Assembly: GCA_009838515.1 (NCBI GenBank)
Contig: VXRL01000040.1
Coordinates: forward strand, 32,949 to 96,948
Direction: 5' to 3'
DNA: 64,000 bases
From: Terriglobia bacterium
Lineage (GTDB): Bacteria > Acidobacteriota > Terriglobia > Bryobacterales > UBA6623
Shown here: positions 20,272-29,338 of the stretch, piece after piece
How positions within the stretch are numbered: the stretch's first letter is position 1
Layout of the letters: every line of letters begins with the position of its first letter
The notes under the pieces: model-generated
What the model was told of the DNA's origin: nothing
Databases searched by the model: none
What the model saw: the letters and a program-made list of their open reading frames with translations, nothing else
Position numbers and translations under genes: made by a program

Positions 20272-21732
20272 ATGCGTCGGATAATTCCCTTCTCCGCTTA
20301 CGCGGACTCTCGGGCAGCGACAACGCTGCTAGCGGCAGTCATGTTCCTAGGCGGGCCGGGATGTGAAACACCTCCCAGCCGCCCGAATGTCGTCGTGATC
20401 ATGACCGACGACCACGCCACGCAGATGATGTCGGCATACGGTTCCAAGCGCGCGTCCACGCCGAACCTAGATCGGATTGCGCACGAAGGGATCATCTTCC
20501 GCAACGGCTTCTGTACGAATCCACTTTGCGCGCCCAGTCGCGCCACGCTGATCACGGGCAAATACAGCCACAAGAACGGGCAGCGCAGCAATCGAGACAC
20601 ATTCGATGGAAGCCAGCCCACGCTTCCGAAGCTGATGCGGAAAGCCGGATACCGGACAGCGATGATCGGCAAGTGGCACCTGAAGAGCGAACCAACCGGT
20701 TTCGACTACTGGAACGTACTTCCCGGCCAGGGCCGGTACCGGGATCCGTCAATGATCGAGATGGGCACGGAGCGGCGCCACAGCGGTTATGTCTCAACAC
20801 TCATCACCGATTTCGCGATCGATTGGATTCGCAACCGGGATAAGACACGCCCGTTCCTGCTATTTCTCCACCACAAGGCACCCCATGGACAGTGGGTGCC
20901 CGACACCAAGCACGAAGACCTGTTCGCGAATCAGGATGTTCCTCGACCGGAATCGTTTGACGATAGCTATGCCGGGCGGGCCAGTCCCATCCGCGATGCC
21001 ACGAACCGGCTGGTTCCGGACCTGCTTGCCCGCTGGCGAACGTGGGGTGCAGCACTGGCGAAAGAGGATCCCGGGGACCTCGCAGGAGAAGAGCTCACCG
21101 ACTGGATGTATCAACAATACGTCAAGGACTACAAGCGCGTGATGGTCTCGGTCGATGAAAACGTAGGGCGGTTTCTGGACTTCCTCGAGGAGGAAGACCT
21201 CGCGAACGACACTCTCTTGATCTATACCTCCGACAACGGGAAGTTCGTCGGCGATCATTCGATGTTCGACAAGCGGCTGGCGTATGAGGAATCGCTCCGG
21301 ATTCCGGTCGCGATCCGATATCCAAGAAAGATCGCGGCTGGAAGCGAAACAGATGCCTTCGCGCTAAATGTCGATTTTGCGCCCACGATACTCGACTATG
21401 GCGGTGTCGCCGTGCCTGAAGACGTGCAGGGCCGCAGCCTGCGGGCACTCTTGGAAGGGCAGCAACCTTCCGACTGGCGGAACTCGTTCTACTTCCAGTA
21501 CTTCGAACCGCCCGGAGGCCACAATGTCGCTCCTCACTATGGCGTCCGCTCAATGCGCCATAAGCTTGTCCGCCACGAAGTTGGCGACGGCATCTGGGAG
21601 TTGATCGACCTTGAATCGGATCCGCTGGAGTATCGCAACGAATACGAGAATCCGAGCTATTCAGCTGAAGTCACGGCGCTTCGAGAGGAGCTTCAACTTC
21701 TGCGGCAGAGCCTCGAAGTGGCTGACGACTAG
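20272..21732 (+). CDS. Sulfatase (Cys-type), paralog of 40055..41590
   Basis: VVVIMTDDHA, active-site CTNPLCAPSRATLITGKYSHKNG, GKWHLKSEPTGFDYWNVLPGQGRY, TSDNG. Confidence 0.9.
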   Translation: MRRIIPFSAYADSRAATTLLAAVMFLGGPGCETPPSRPNVVVIMTDDHATQMMSAYGSKRASTPNLDRIAHEGIIFRNGFCTNPLCAPSRATLITGKYSHKNGQRSNRDTFDGSQPTLPKLMRKAGYRTAMIGKWHLKSEPTGFDYWNVLPGQGRYRDPSMIEMGTERRHSGYVSTLITDFAIDWIRNRDKTRPFLLFLHHKAPHGQWVPDTKHEDLFANQDVPRPESFDDSYAGRASPIRDATNRLVPDLLARWRTWGAALAKEDPGDLAGEELTDWMYQQYVKDYKRVMVSVDENVGRFLDFLEEEDLANDTLLIYTSDNGKFVGDHSMFDKRLAYEESLRIPVAIRYPRKIAAGSETDAFALNVDFAPTILDYGGVAVPEDVQGRSLRALLEGQQPSDWRNSFYFQYFEPPGGHNVAPHYGVRSMRHKLVRHEVGDGIWELIDLESDPLEYRNEYENPSYSAEVTALREELQLLRQSLEVADD

Positions 21733-22011
21733 AGCGTCCCCACGCAAGCGCCCGTTCGCGGAGAGCGTGGCCCCAGCGCCGGTCGAGAGACCGGGACGTT
21801 CTCACCCCGCCTTGAGGGCCGGCTCTATGCGGGTATCGAATGGATCGAGACGTGTTCCGGAATGCGAGGACCTACTAGATCCGGCCAGATGAAGAGGATG
21901 TGCGACCATGCTCAGCAACACGCTCGGTATGGACCGGCCCGTGTTGAAGTGCCTGCGCAACACGCTTGGCCAGCGGCGCCCAATTGATGTTGGTCGCCAA
22001 GATAGGTCGCA

Positions 22012-22998
22012 ATGCTGACACCAACCCGTAGAACCGTGCTTGCACAGCTGGCCTGTTGCGGCTGCTCAGGACTCTTTGAAGAGACCACCAGGCCATCGAC
22101 AGCCTCGCCGCCATGGAAACTTGCCATCGGCCTCAACGGTTTCGGCTCGTCAGAGACCCACCACGGCAAACGCTACGTCTACGAGGAAATCCTTCAATTC
22201 GCCCGCGACGAGGGCTTCGACGGAATCGAGCTTTGGCGCAATTGGCGCGATGGCTACCCCGATCCCGGAGACGACGACGCGATCCAAGCGGCTCGCCAGC
22301 AGATCGAGTCCTACGATTTGCAGGTGTTCTCGATCCAAGCCGGGGTCAGAGGCGTCAATCCGGTCTCTGACGACCCGTCAGAGCGAGCAGAATACACGCA
22401 CCAGCTCACTCAACAGGTCGATCTGGCGCTCAAGTTCGGATGCGAGTGCATGGGCCTGTGGTCCGCTGGTCGGCCGCCCGACGACGCCAGCGAGGATGAA
22501 GTAATCGAACGGTTGGGTGGGGTCGTCAGGCCTGTCTGCGAATACGCGGTCGATCACGGGATCGTGCTGGCGATTGAAGGCGAGCCGCCGTTGATCATTA
22601 ACTCCGTGGAGCGCTATCACAAGCTCTTCGCCGCTGTCGGGATGGACGAGTTCAAGGTCATCTTCGACCCGTCTCATTTCGATGTGTTGGGAGGAGCAGT
22701 TGGACGCCCTCAAGACCTGCTGCTTGATCTTGGCGTTGATCGGGTCGGCTACATCCAGTTTTGCGACGGAGACTCCACGCTACGCCCGTTCCCGAACGGC
22801 GGGGCTGGCACATCGAAGCATCTGCCCTGCGGCGAGGGTGTCTATGACATTCCCGGTTTGTGCTCAATCCTTTACGAGGGCGGCTTCCAAGGTTGGTTCC
22901 AGATGGATAGCTGGGGTACCGAAGACGCCTACTGGACCTCGAAATCCTGTAAGGACTCGGTCTTGGACTATCTGCGCGCGGCAGCTACGGGGGTCTGA
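22012..22998 (+). CDS. Sugar phosphate isomerase/epimerase (xylose-isomerase-like TIM barrel), Tat/lipoprotein-like N-terminus
   Basis: TRRTVLAQLACCGCSG N-terminus. WKLAIGLNGFG..., FDGIELW, LAIEGEPP, FDPSHF, IQFCDGD, features typical of the AP-endonuclease-2/xylose-isomerase-like fold. Confidence 0.8.
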   Translation: MLTPTRRTVLAQLACCGCSGLFEETTRPSTASPPWKLAIGLNGFGSSETHHGKRYVYEEILQFARDEGFDGIELWRNWRDGYPDPGDDDAIQAARQQIESYDLQVFSIQAGVRGVNPVSDDPSERAEYTHQLTQQVDLALKFGCECMGLWSAGRPPDDASEDEVIERLGGVVRPVCEYAVDHGIVLAIEGEPPLIINSVERYHKLFAAVGMDEFKVIFDPSHFDVLGGAVGRPQDLLLDLGVDRVGYIQFCDGDSTLRPFPNGGAGTSKHLPCGEGVYDIPGLCSILYEGGFQGWFQMDSWGTEDAYWTSKSCKDSVLDYLRAAATGV

Positions 22999-23025
22999 TC
23001 GCGGCTAACGAAATATCGTATGAAA

Positions 23026-23104
23026 TGGTAGGCCCGAGCGGACTCGAACCGCTGACCTCTACCGTGTCAAGGTAGCGCTCTAACCAAAACTGAGCTACGG
23101 GCCT
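23026..23104 (-). tRNA. tRNA-Val (anticodon GAC), CCA encoded
   Basis: Minus-strand sequence AGGCCCG-TA-GCTC-AGTTTTGGTTA-GAGC-G-CTACC-TTGACAC-GGTAG-AGGTC-AGCGG-TTCGAGT-CCGCT-CGGGCCT-A-CCA folds as a cloverleaf. The 7-nt anticodon loop TTGACAC gives anticodon GAC. Confidence 0.9.
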
Positions 23105-23379
23105 ACGCGGACCAGCCCGGCTGGCACCGAGCTTGTTGCAAGTCGAGGCCGAATACCCAGCCTCCCTGCTGGCTTTCTGCACCGAATCATAGCATAGGGC
23201 GGATTATTCGACTCCTTGTCCCGATGGACGACCCAGCTCCCGCCGCACCGTTCGGTGGTACCCCAACCCACGAGACCGGACGGGGCCTCCCGGAGCGTCT
23301 GGCATCCTACCATCAGCCTGTTGTATGTTGGACGCGCTGCCGTGAAGGGGCCGACATGCTGGTTCCGGACGGATAACGA

Positions 23380-24249
23380 ATGCAAACCATGAAGCCACGA
23401 TTCCTACTCCGCGCCTGTCTGGCACTCTGCTGGGCTCTTCCTTTCCTTGTTGGTGTACCAGCCAATGCCCAGTCGTTCGCCGTTCCCGCTGATGCCGAAT
23501 CCGCGCTGGATGCGCTGAACGACTCGCCACGTCACGGGGAGTGGATCGACATTGGTGAAGGGCGCTCTCGCGCGAACCGCTGGGGCGATACGATTCGCTC
23601 GTGGATCGTATACCCCGAACGAGCGACCCGCGCCCCCGTCGTCGTAGTGATCCACGAGATCTTCGGCCTGACGGACTGGATCCGTGCCGTGGCCGATCAA
23701 TTCGCGGCGGAAGGCTTCATCGCCATAGCGCCTGACTTGCTATCCGGTCATGGTGCCGACGGAGGGGGCACTCCGGCGGACCGCCAGCAGGCGGTAGCTC
23801 TCGTTCGATCCCTGCGCGTCGAAGACACTACGCGGCGACTGTCGGCAGTCGCCCGCTACGGACTATCACTGCCAGCTTCTAGCGGCAACTTTGGCGCCGT
23901 AGGATTCTGCTGGGGCGGCAGCACGAGCTTCAATTTCGCAGCCAACGAAGAGGACTTGGACGCGGCCGTCGTCTATTACGGCAGCTCTCCGAACCGGACG
24001 ATGCTCGGGCGCGTTGAAGCCCCTGTCCTCGGCTTGTACGGCGGGGATGATGCCCGTGTCAACGCCACCATTCCAGATGCGATGCGCGAGATGCGACGCC
24101 TCGGGAAGTTCTATGAACCTCACCAATTCGCCGGTGCGGGCCATGGATTCCTGCGACAACAGTCCGCCCGAGACGGCGCGAACATGAGTGCCGCCAGGGC
24201 GGCCTGGGCTAAGACGATCGAGTTTTTCCGCCAGTACCTCGAGAACTAG
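23380..24249 (+). CDS. Dienelactone hydrolase family protein, exported
   Basis: Signal peptide. VVVIHEIFGLTDWIRAVADQFAAEGFIAIAPDL, GAVGFCWGG nucleophile region, C-terminal GAGHGF. Confidence 0.85.
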   Translation: MQTMKPRFLLRACLALCWALPFLVGVPANAQSFAVPADAESALDALNDSPRHGEWIDIGEGRSRANRWGDTIRSWIVYPERATRAPVVVVIHEIFGLTDWIRAVADQFAAEGFIAIAPDLLSGHGADGGGTPADRQQAVALVRSLRVEDTTRRLSAVARYGLSLPASSGNFGAVGFCWGGSTSFNFAANEEDLDAAVVYYGSSPNRTMLGRVEAPVLGLYGGDDARVNATIPDAMREMRRLGKFYEPHQFAGAGHGFLRQQSARDGANMSAARAAWAKTIEFFRQYLEN

Positions 24250-24253
24250 TCCC

Positions 24254-25702
24254 ATGCGCCCGACTCTGCCAATCCCCTTCCAAGTCGCTATCGGCCTGAT
24301 TGTGCTCGCAATGCCGGTTCCGTCGGCCACCAACGTGGTTTTCATGATGGCCGACGACCTCGGTTGGAACGACGTCGGCTACCACGGGAGTGAGATCCGC
24401 ACGCCGCAGATCGACTCAATCGCGCAGCGCGGCCTCCAACTCAACCGCTACTACGCAACGCCTCTTTGCAGTCCGACGCGGGCTGCGTTTCTGACTGGCC
24501 GAATCCCGCTGCGGTACGGAGTTGACCGACCGATCGAAACGCAGGGAGGTCTGCCGGAAACAGAGCTCCTGCTGACGGACGTGCTCAAAGCTGCTGGATA
24601 CGAAACGGGAGTGGTGGGGAAATGGCACTTGGGATTGGCGCATGTCAAGCATCATCCCAACAGCCGCGGTTTTGACACCGCATACGGCCACTTGGGTCCC
24701 GCGGTCGACTATTGGACGCACATCTGGGACGGCGGCCTCGACTGGCACCGCAACGGCAGCGTGCTGAATGAGGAGGGCTACACGACCGAGCTGATCGGCA
24801 AGGAAGCGGAGCGCGTGATCTCGGAGCGCGATAAGACCAAACCGTTGTTCCTGTATGTCGCATTCAACGCGCCGCACGGCCCTCTGCAAGCCCCAGCTGA
24901 GTCCGAGTCCGCATACGCTTCGATCCAGAATCCGCGCCGCCGAACCTATGCAGCGATGGTGAGCGAGATGGATCAAGCAGTCGGCGGGATCCTAGGAGCG
25001 CTGGAGCGAGAGGGGCTGACTGACGACACATTGATCGTATGGTGCAGCGACAACGGAGGAGCCGTTCGTCTGGGAGCGGACAATTCGCCGCTCCGCGGCG
25101 GCAAGGGCGGCTCGTTCGAAGGCGGAATTCGCGTGCCCGCTACAGTTTGGATGCCCGGCAGTATCGAGGGTGGCCGGACCTTCACCCAAATGATGACGGT
25201 AGCGGACTGGTTTCCGACCATCGCGACCGCCTTAGGAATTGACCTAGAAGCGGACAGCCAGCTGGATGGCCTTGACATGTGGCCAGCCCTAACCAAGGGT
25301 GATGTCGTAGACCGCACGGAACCCTACGTAGTCGGCGTGTTCGACAGCGTAGCGCTGATTGATGGGTCTTGGAAGTACGTTGAGCCCCTGCCCAGAGGTG
25401 GCAGTGGCGTCGCACATCTTTTTCGTCTGGATAGAGATCCGGAAGAGCGTGAAGATCTGGCAGAAGTGGAGCCGGAAAGGTTCGAACCTCGTCCTGCTCT
25501 GCACCGCATTACCCCGCTCACACCACACACCCCCCACCACCTGCCCCCCCCGCCGGGCCCCCGGCGGCGTCGTCCGGGAGGCCGGCCGCCTCCTAACGCT
25601 GGCGGCGAAGGGGCCAGAATGCCGCCGGGTCGCGGCGGTGGAGCGGTCGATGGCTGGAAGGAAATCACCAAGCCGCCCTGGGTCGAAGCGGCTGATCGGT
25701 GA
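24254..25702 (+). CDS. Arylsulfatase (Cys-type) with unusual Pro/Arg/Gly-rich C-terminal tail
   Basis: ORF 24188..25702 trimmed to the ATG at 24254, 4 nt after the DLH stop. VVFMMADDLGWNDVGYHG, active-site LCSPTRAAFLTGR, GKWHLG, CSDNGG...GGIRVP. Tail: HLPPPPGPRRRRPGGRPPPNAGGEGARMPPGRGGG. Confidence 0.9.
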   Translation: MRPTLPIPFQVAIGLIVLAMPVPSATNVVFMMADDLGWNDVGYHGSEIRTPQIDSIAQRGLQLNRYYATPLCSPTRAAFLTGRIPLRYGVDRPIETQGGLPETELLLTDVLKAAGYETGVVGKWHLGLAHVKHHPNSRGFDTAYGHLGPAVDYWTHIWDGGLDWHRNGSVLNEEGYTTELIGKEAERVISERDKTKPLFLYVAFNAPHGPLQAPAESESAYASIQNPRRRTYAAMVSEMDQAVGGILGALEREGLTDDTLIVWCSDNGGAVRLGADNSPLRGGKGGSFEGGIRVPATVWMPGSIEGGRTFTQMMTVADWFPTIATALGIDLEADSQLDGLDMWPALTKGDVVDRTEPYVVGVFDSVALIDGSWKYVEPLPRGGSGVAHLFRLDRDPEEREDLAEVEPERFEPRPALHRITPLTPHTPHHLPPPPGPRRRRPGGRPPPNAGGEGARMPPGRGGGAVDGWKEITKPPWVEAADR

Positions 25703-25790
25703 CCGTAGACCAAGCCGGTCTCGGTCGTGGCTGGCTCACCCGTCGTGCCCGGCACCTCGGGAAATGCTTGGAAGCGCCTCCGAGGCTTGG

Positions 25791-26108
25791 ATGATGCATA
25801 TCTAGAGGAACCCTAAGGTCAACTTAGAGGCGTCTGAGTTCCCAATCGCCGAAGCTCGAAGAAACTTCCCTTCGCTTGTTCGAGAGGCAGAGAACGGCAG
25901 GGCGGTGAGGATTACCCGCCGCGGCAAGCCCGTCGCGGTGCTGATCGGCGGCCGGGAGTTCGAGCGGCTTTAGTTGGGCCCGCGAGACTTCGCCGAAGCA
26001 TACGAGAAGTTCTTGAAGGCCTATCCTCTTGAAGACCTCGACGTCGACCGGGACGAGGTGTTCCGCGATTCGCGCGATGAATCTGCGGGGCATGATGTGT
26101 TGTTGTAG
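25791..26108 (+). pseudogene. Phd/YefM (prevent-host-death)-type antitoxin gene with two in-frame TAG codons
   Basis: One frame reads MMHI*RNPKVNLEASEFPIAEARRNFPSLVREAENGRAVRITRRGKPVAVLIGGREFERL*LGPRDFAEAYEKFLKAYPLEDLDVDRDEVFRDSRDESAGHDVLL*. In-frame TAGs at 25803 and 25971. The core (ARRNF..LV..AE.G..V.ITRRGKPVAVL) is typical of this antitoxin family. Confidence 0.6.
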
Positions 26109-26192
26109 CCGATCAGGCGCCTTCTCGACACCAACATAGTCTCGGAACCGAGAAGGCGTCGTCCAAGACCTCGGACTATGCGAACGCTGTAA
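26109..26192 (+). pseudogene. N-terminal remnant of a VapC/PIN toxin gene
   Basis: Directly after the antitoxin stop: PIRRLLDTNIVSEPRRRRPRPRTMRTL*. It has the PIN N-terminal signature LLDTNIVSE but no start codon and stops after ~26 codons. Confidence 0.5.
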
Positions 26193-26271
26193 GGCCACAC
26201 TAATGAGACCGCGATTCGTGCCCGGCCGATCGCGCCAAAGTAAGTAGGTCAGTCAGAGTTGGAAGTGTGTG

Positions 26272-26712
26272 ATGCCCGGGGAGGAACGTTTTCGCCAAGT
26301 CGTGGAACGCGGGAAATACGCCCCGCTGTATCGAAGGCTCCGCATGCGGTCAGGACGGCGATGGCGGGTCTCGTTCACGGATCTCGAGGCTGTGCTTGGT
26401 TTTACACTTCCAGCATCAGCGCGGCTGCACCGACCATGGTGGTCGAATCAGCGGAACACACGCGGCTATGGGCATTCGCTGGCCTGGCAACTCGCCGGAT
26501 GGAGGACGGCTGCGGTAGATCTTGAGCACGAATCGTTGGTGTTCGAACGTGAGGAGACCAGTGGCGAAAAGGCTCAGCCGCACGGTTCGCCAGCCCCTGC
26601 AGGCGGCAAGGCGATCGACCTTGACCGCGTGTTCCCGCCACACAACCCTGGCGATTCGCCAGCCGAATTGTCGTTGCGACGCGAGGATCCTTGCGACGAC
26701 CGAGGCCGTTGA
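26272..26712 (+). CDS. Hypothetical protein; possible antitoxin-position partner of the downstream PIN gene
   Basis: GTG-ATG at 26269/26272 after GGAAG. N-terminal ~95 aa (KYAPLYRRL...W.VSFTDLEAVLGFTLPASARLHRPWWSNQ...GHSLAWQLAGWRTAAVDLEHESLVFER) resembles a small conserved hypothetical family I recall but cannot name with confidence. The stop lies 7 nt before the PIN ATG. Confidence 0.5.
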   Translation: MPGEERFRQVVERGKYAPLYRRLRMRSGRRWRVSFTDLEAVLGFTLPASARLHRPWWSNQRNTRGYGHSLAWQLAGWRTAAVDLEHESLVFEREETSGEKAQPHGSPAPAGGKAIDLDRVFPPHNPGDSPAELSLRREDPCDDRGR

Positions 26713-26719
26713 GCAAAGG

Positions 26720-27153
26720 ATGTTCATTGAACCAACGTCCTGGTTCGAGCGCGCTTCGCGGTCGCGCCCAGCCATGACTTAGCTCGTGCCCGACTGCGTG
26801 AAGCTCTTGGGAGGGAACAGCGTCCCCGGATAAGTCGGCAGATCGTACGTAAGTACCTTGCGGTTGTGACACGCTCACAGATCTCGTCAGCGCCATTGCC
26901 AATGTCGGCTGCACTCCGGGACGTTGACTGGTTCGTATCTGAGTTCGACATCTTGGAATACGGACCCCATGTCACCCACCTGTTGGCCGAGCTGTGTCGA
27001 GCGGTTCCAGTTGCGGGACGCCAGATCCATGACGCCAATATCGTGGCGACGATGCTCGCGCATGCCGAGCAGCGCCTGCTCACATTCGACCAAGACGACT
27101 TCCGCCGCTACGGTAGTCGGATCTCGCTGATCGATCCAGCACGGAGCGATTGA
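26720..27153 (+). pseudogene. PIN-domain (VapC-like) toxin gene disabled by a 1-nt deletion in codon 4
   Basis: ATG TTC ATT GA-ACC AAC GTC CTG GTT. Read in frame it gives MFIEPTSWFERASRSRPAMT*. Restoring one base after GA gives MFI(D)TNVLVRARFAVAPSHDLARARLREALGREQRPRISRQIVRKYLAVVTRSQ...GRQIHDANIVATMLAHAEQRLLTFDQDDFRRYGSRISLIDP, a full-length PIN pattern (DTN..., ...HDANIVATM..., LLT.D..DF). Confidence 0.65.
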
Positions 27154-27531
27154 CCAGTCGGCTCGCAGCAGACCCTCTCGGAACCAATCGCGGGCAAGCA
27201 CGGCGGTTGGCTGAACGGCTCTGAGCCAGCTTGAGTGCACTGCAAGGCCAGTGCCTCAGCGTGTGGCCTAGGAAGTGGCCGCCGTCGATTAGCAATCGCA
27301 CGGTTGGCAGCAAGACCCAAGCATCTGGAGGTCCCGAGGGCAGACCAGTGCATCGCCGAACAGCTACAGGTTGCCACCCCCGCACGAGAGGACTGCTTGG
27401 ACCATGTCAACCGCCGATCCGAAGCAACCAGGGAACGGACCCTCGGCCGCCAGAGCAACTCAGCGCCATGCTCAAGGAGGGAGGCGCGTGGCGTTGCCGC
27501 TCCCGCGCCGTCCTCTACTCGAGCCACGAGG

Positions 27532-29166
27532 TCATGGGCTCGAATTGCCCTGTCTGTCCACCTGCAACTGACCTAGCTCTCGTGCGAGCGATTCCTTGCG
27601 CCGAAAGTCCGCAGGTGTCTCTGCAGGGTTCCAGTACCAAGGGTGGTCGACGTGCTCTCCGTGCATGATCCGCTCCATTTCAGCGACGACCCCGGGATAT
27701 GCATCCGCGAGGTCTCGCTCGCAGCTGACGTCTTCCTCGATCAGAAACAGCTCCATCGGATCGTCGGGAGTTCGGCGGTAGGCCTTCCACGGACCCTTGC
27801 GGACCGCCTGTTCCCTGGCGTTCTCCCAATAGAGCGGCCTGTCTGAGGAGAACCTCGCCGGATCGCCACTCAATAGCGGGACAAGGCTGGACCCGTCGTT
27901 TGGTGGGACAGGGCTGGTTCCCGCCAGCTCAGCGAATGTCGGAAGCAAGTCGACGAGCCATACGGGCACGCTGGACACGCCGGCCTTGATCGCGCCGGGC
28001 CAGTTCACGAAGAAGGGGATGCGAATGCCCCCTTCTAGCAGGGAGAATTTCCCTCCCCGAAAGGGCCCCTTGTTTCGAAAGAACGGATCGTCCGGCCAAT
28101 TCGCGGACTGGTTCCCGCGCGCGAAATACCCGCACATCGAGTAGCCGTTGTCCGACGCGAAGACCACGAGAGTGCGATCCCGGATCCCGAGGCTTCCAAG
28201 CAGGTCAACCAGTTCGCCCGCAAACCTGTCGATCCGCAGCACCATGGAAGCCCACTCCTTGTGTGCTGTCGAGGGAAAGTCCGCTCGGTTCAGGAATGGG
28301 CCGAGGGCATCGGTCACGACCGGCCCGTGGGGCAGCTGGGTCGCAAAATAGAGAAAGAACGGTCGGTCCCGGTTGCGACCCACGAAGCCGATGGCTGCGT
28401 CCTCGAGCACGTCCTCGGAATAGACTGCCTGCGAACGGTCTCGGACGCCGGGCGGAATCAGTCGGCCGTCGCTGTCGTAGCGGGCCGCGGAGTCTCTGGA
28501 TCCGGGCGGTTGCCGGTTTTCCTCGTACATGTTGCGCATGTCGAAACCGAAGTTCCCCGGATAGTCGACCTTGCGGCCATTGCGATAGAGGTAGCGGGGG
28601 AAGAACGTGTGAGCGCGGCGCTGATCGTAGAATCCGAATGCCTCGTCAAAACCCTGCTTTTCTGGAGTCCCCGGAGTGCCGGGAAGGCCAATGCCCCACT
28701 TGCCGAAGAAGCCGGTCGCATACCCGGATCGCTTCAGCATCTCGGAAATCGTCACGTCCGAGTCCGCCAAATGATCCTGCCCTCTCGCGCTGCGGTTATC
28801 GCGAACTGATGCATGGCCCGTATGCAGTCCCGTCATGAGGGTCCCTCGGGAAGGAGCGCATTCTGGGGCGCCGGCGTACGCTTGTGTGAAGCGAACTCCT
28901 TCCGCCGCGAGCCGATCTAGGTTTGGAGTCGAGAAGCGGATCTGTCCCCAGATACTGAGATCCCGGTAGCTGAGGTCGTCCGCCAGAATGACGACGATGT
29001 TCGGCTTGGTGCCGGGCAGCGGCGGCTGGGCCTGCAGAGCTCCCGGAATGAGCAAGAGGCAGATAACCGCGAAACGCACCACGGGGGCAAGAATAACAGC
29101 CTGGGACGAGCCCACTTCGTGACCAGGACTACCCGCCACGATTGCCGGGCTCGGCCGTAGCCCCAC
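27532..29166 (-). CDS. Sulfatase (Cys-type), exported
   Basis: IVVILADDLSYRDL, active-site PECAPSRGTLMTGLHTGH, GKWGIG, ASDNGY...GGIRIP. Start uncertain: ATG at 29166, or GTG at 29082/29079 giving a cleaner signal peptide (VVRFAVICLLLIPGALQA). Confidence 0.9.
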   Translation of the reverse strand: MGLRPSPAIVAGSPGHEVGSSQAVILAPVVRFAVICLLLIPGALQAQPPLPGTKPNIVVILADDLSYRDLSIWGQIRFSTPNLDRLAAEGVRFTQAYAGAPECAPSRGTLMTGLHTGHASVRDNRSARGQDHLADSDVTISEMLKRSGYATGFFGKWGIGLPGTPGTPEKQGFDEAFGFYDQRRAHTFFPRYLYRNGRKVDYPGNFGFDMRNMYEENRQPPGSRDSAARYDSDGRLIPPGVRDRSQAVYSEDVLEDAAIGFVGRNRDRPFFLYFATQLPHGPVVTDALGPFLNRADFPSTAHKEWASMVLRIDRFAGELVDLLGSLGIRDRTLVVFASDNGYSMCGYFARGNQSANWPDDPFFRNKGPFRGGKFSLLEGGIRIPFFVNWPGAIKAGVSSVPVWLVDLLPTFAELAGTSPVPPNDGSSLVPLLSGDPARFSSDRPLYWENAREQAVRKGPWKAYRRTPDDPMELFLIEEDVSCERDLADAYPGVVAEMERIMHGEHVDHPWYWNPAETPADFRRKESLARELGQLQVDRQGNSSP

Positions 29167-29338
29167 TCAGCAAGCCGACCGCACGACGTTCTTGCATCCA
29201 TTCCGCTAGCAGCTGCCCACCCCGTGTGCGTTGATGCCTCCCGGGACTGGTTGCGATTCTCCGATCTACTCCGTAGCCCGCTCGAACGTCACGAGACCGT
29301 GCCTCTTCAAGGTATGATGCGGGTTGAGGACGATAGCG

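Noticed and set aside
22999-23379. tRNA-Val as an integration site for a genomic island (accessory sulfatase region and TA remnants nearby)
   Set aside because: No integrase, excisionase or transposase ORF in the window, and I did not notice a repeated copy of the tRNA 3' end. I cannot exclude a distant att repeat without a computed search.
25824-26198. 124-aa minus-strand ORF across the toxin-antitoxin region
   Set aside because: It is the antisense of the Phd-like antitoxin remnant. The plus-strand frame carries the recognisable antitoxin and PIN motifs, and this one has none.
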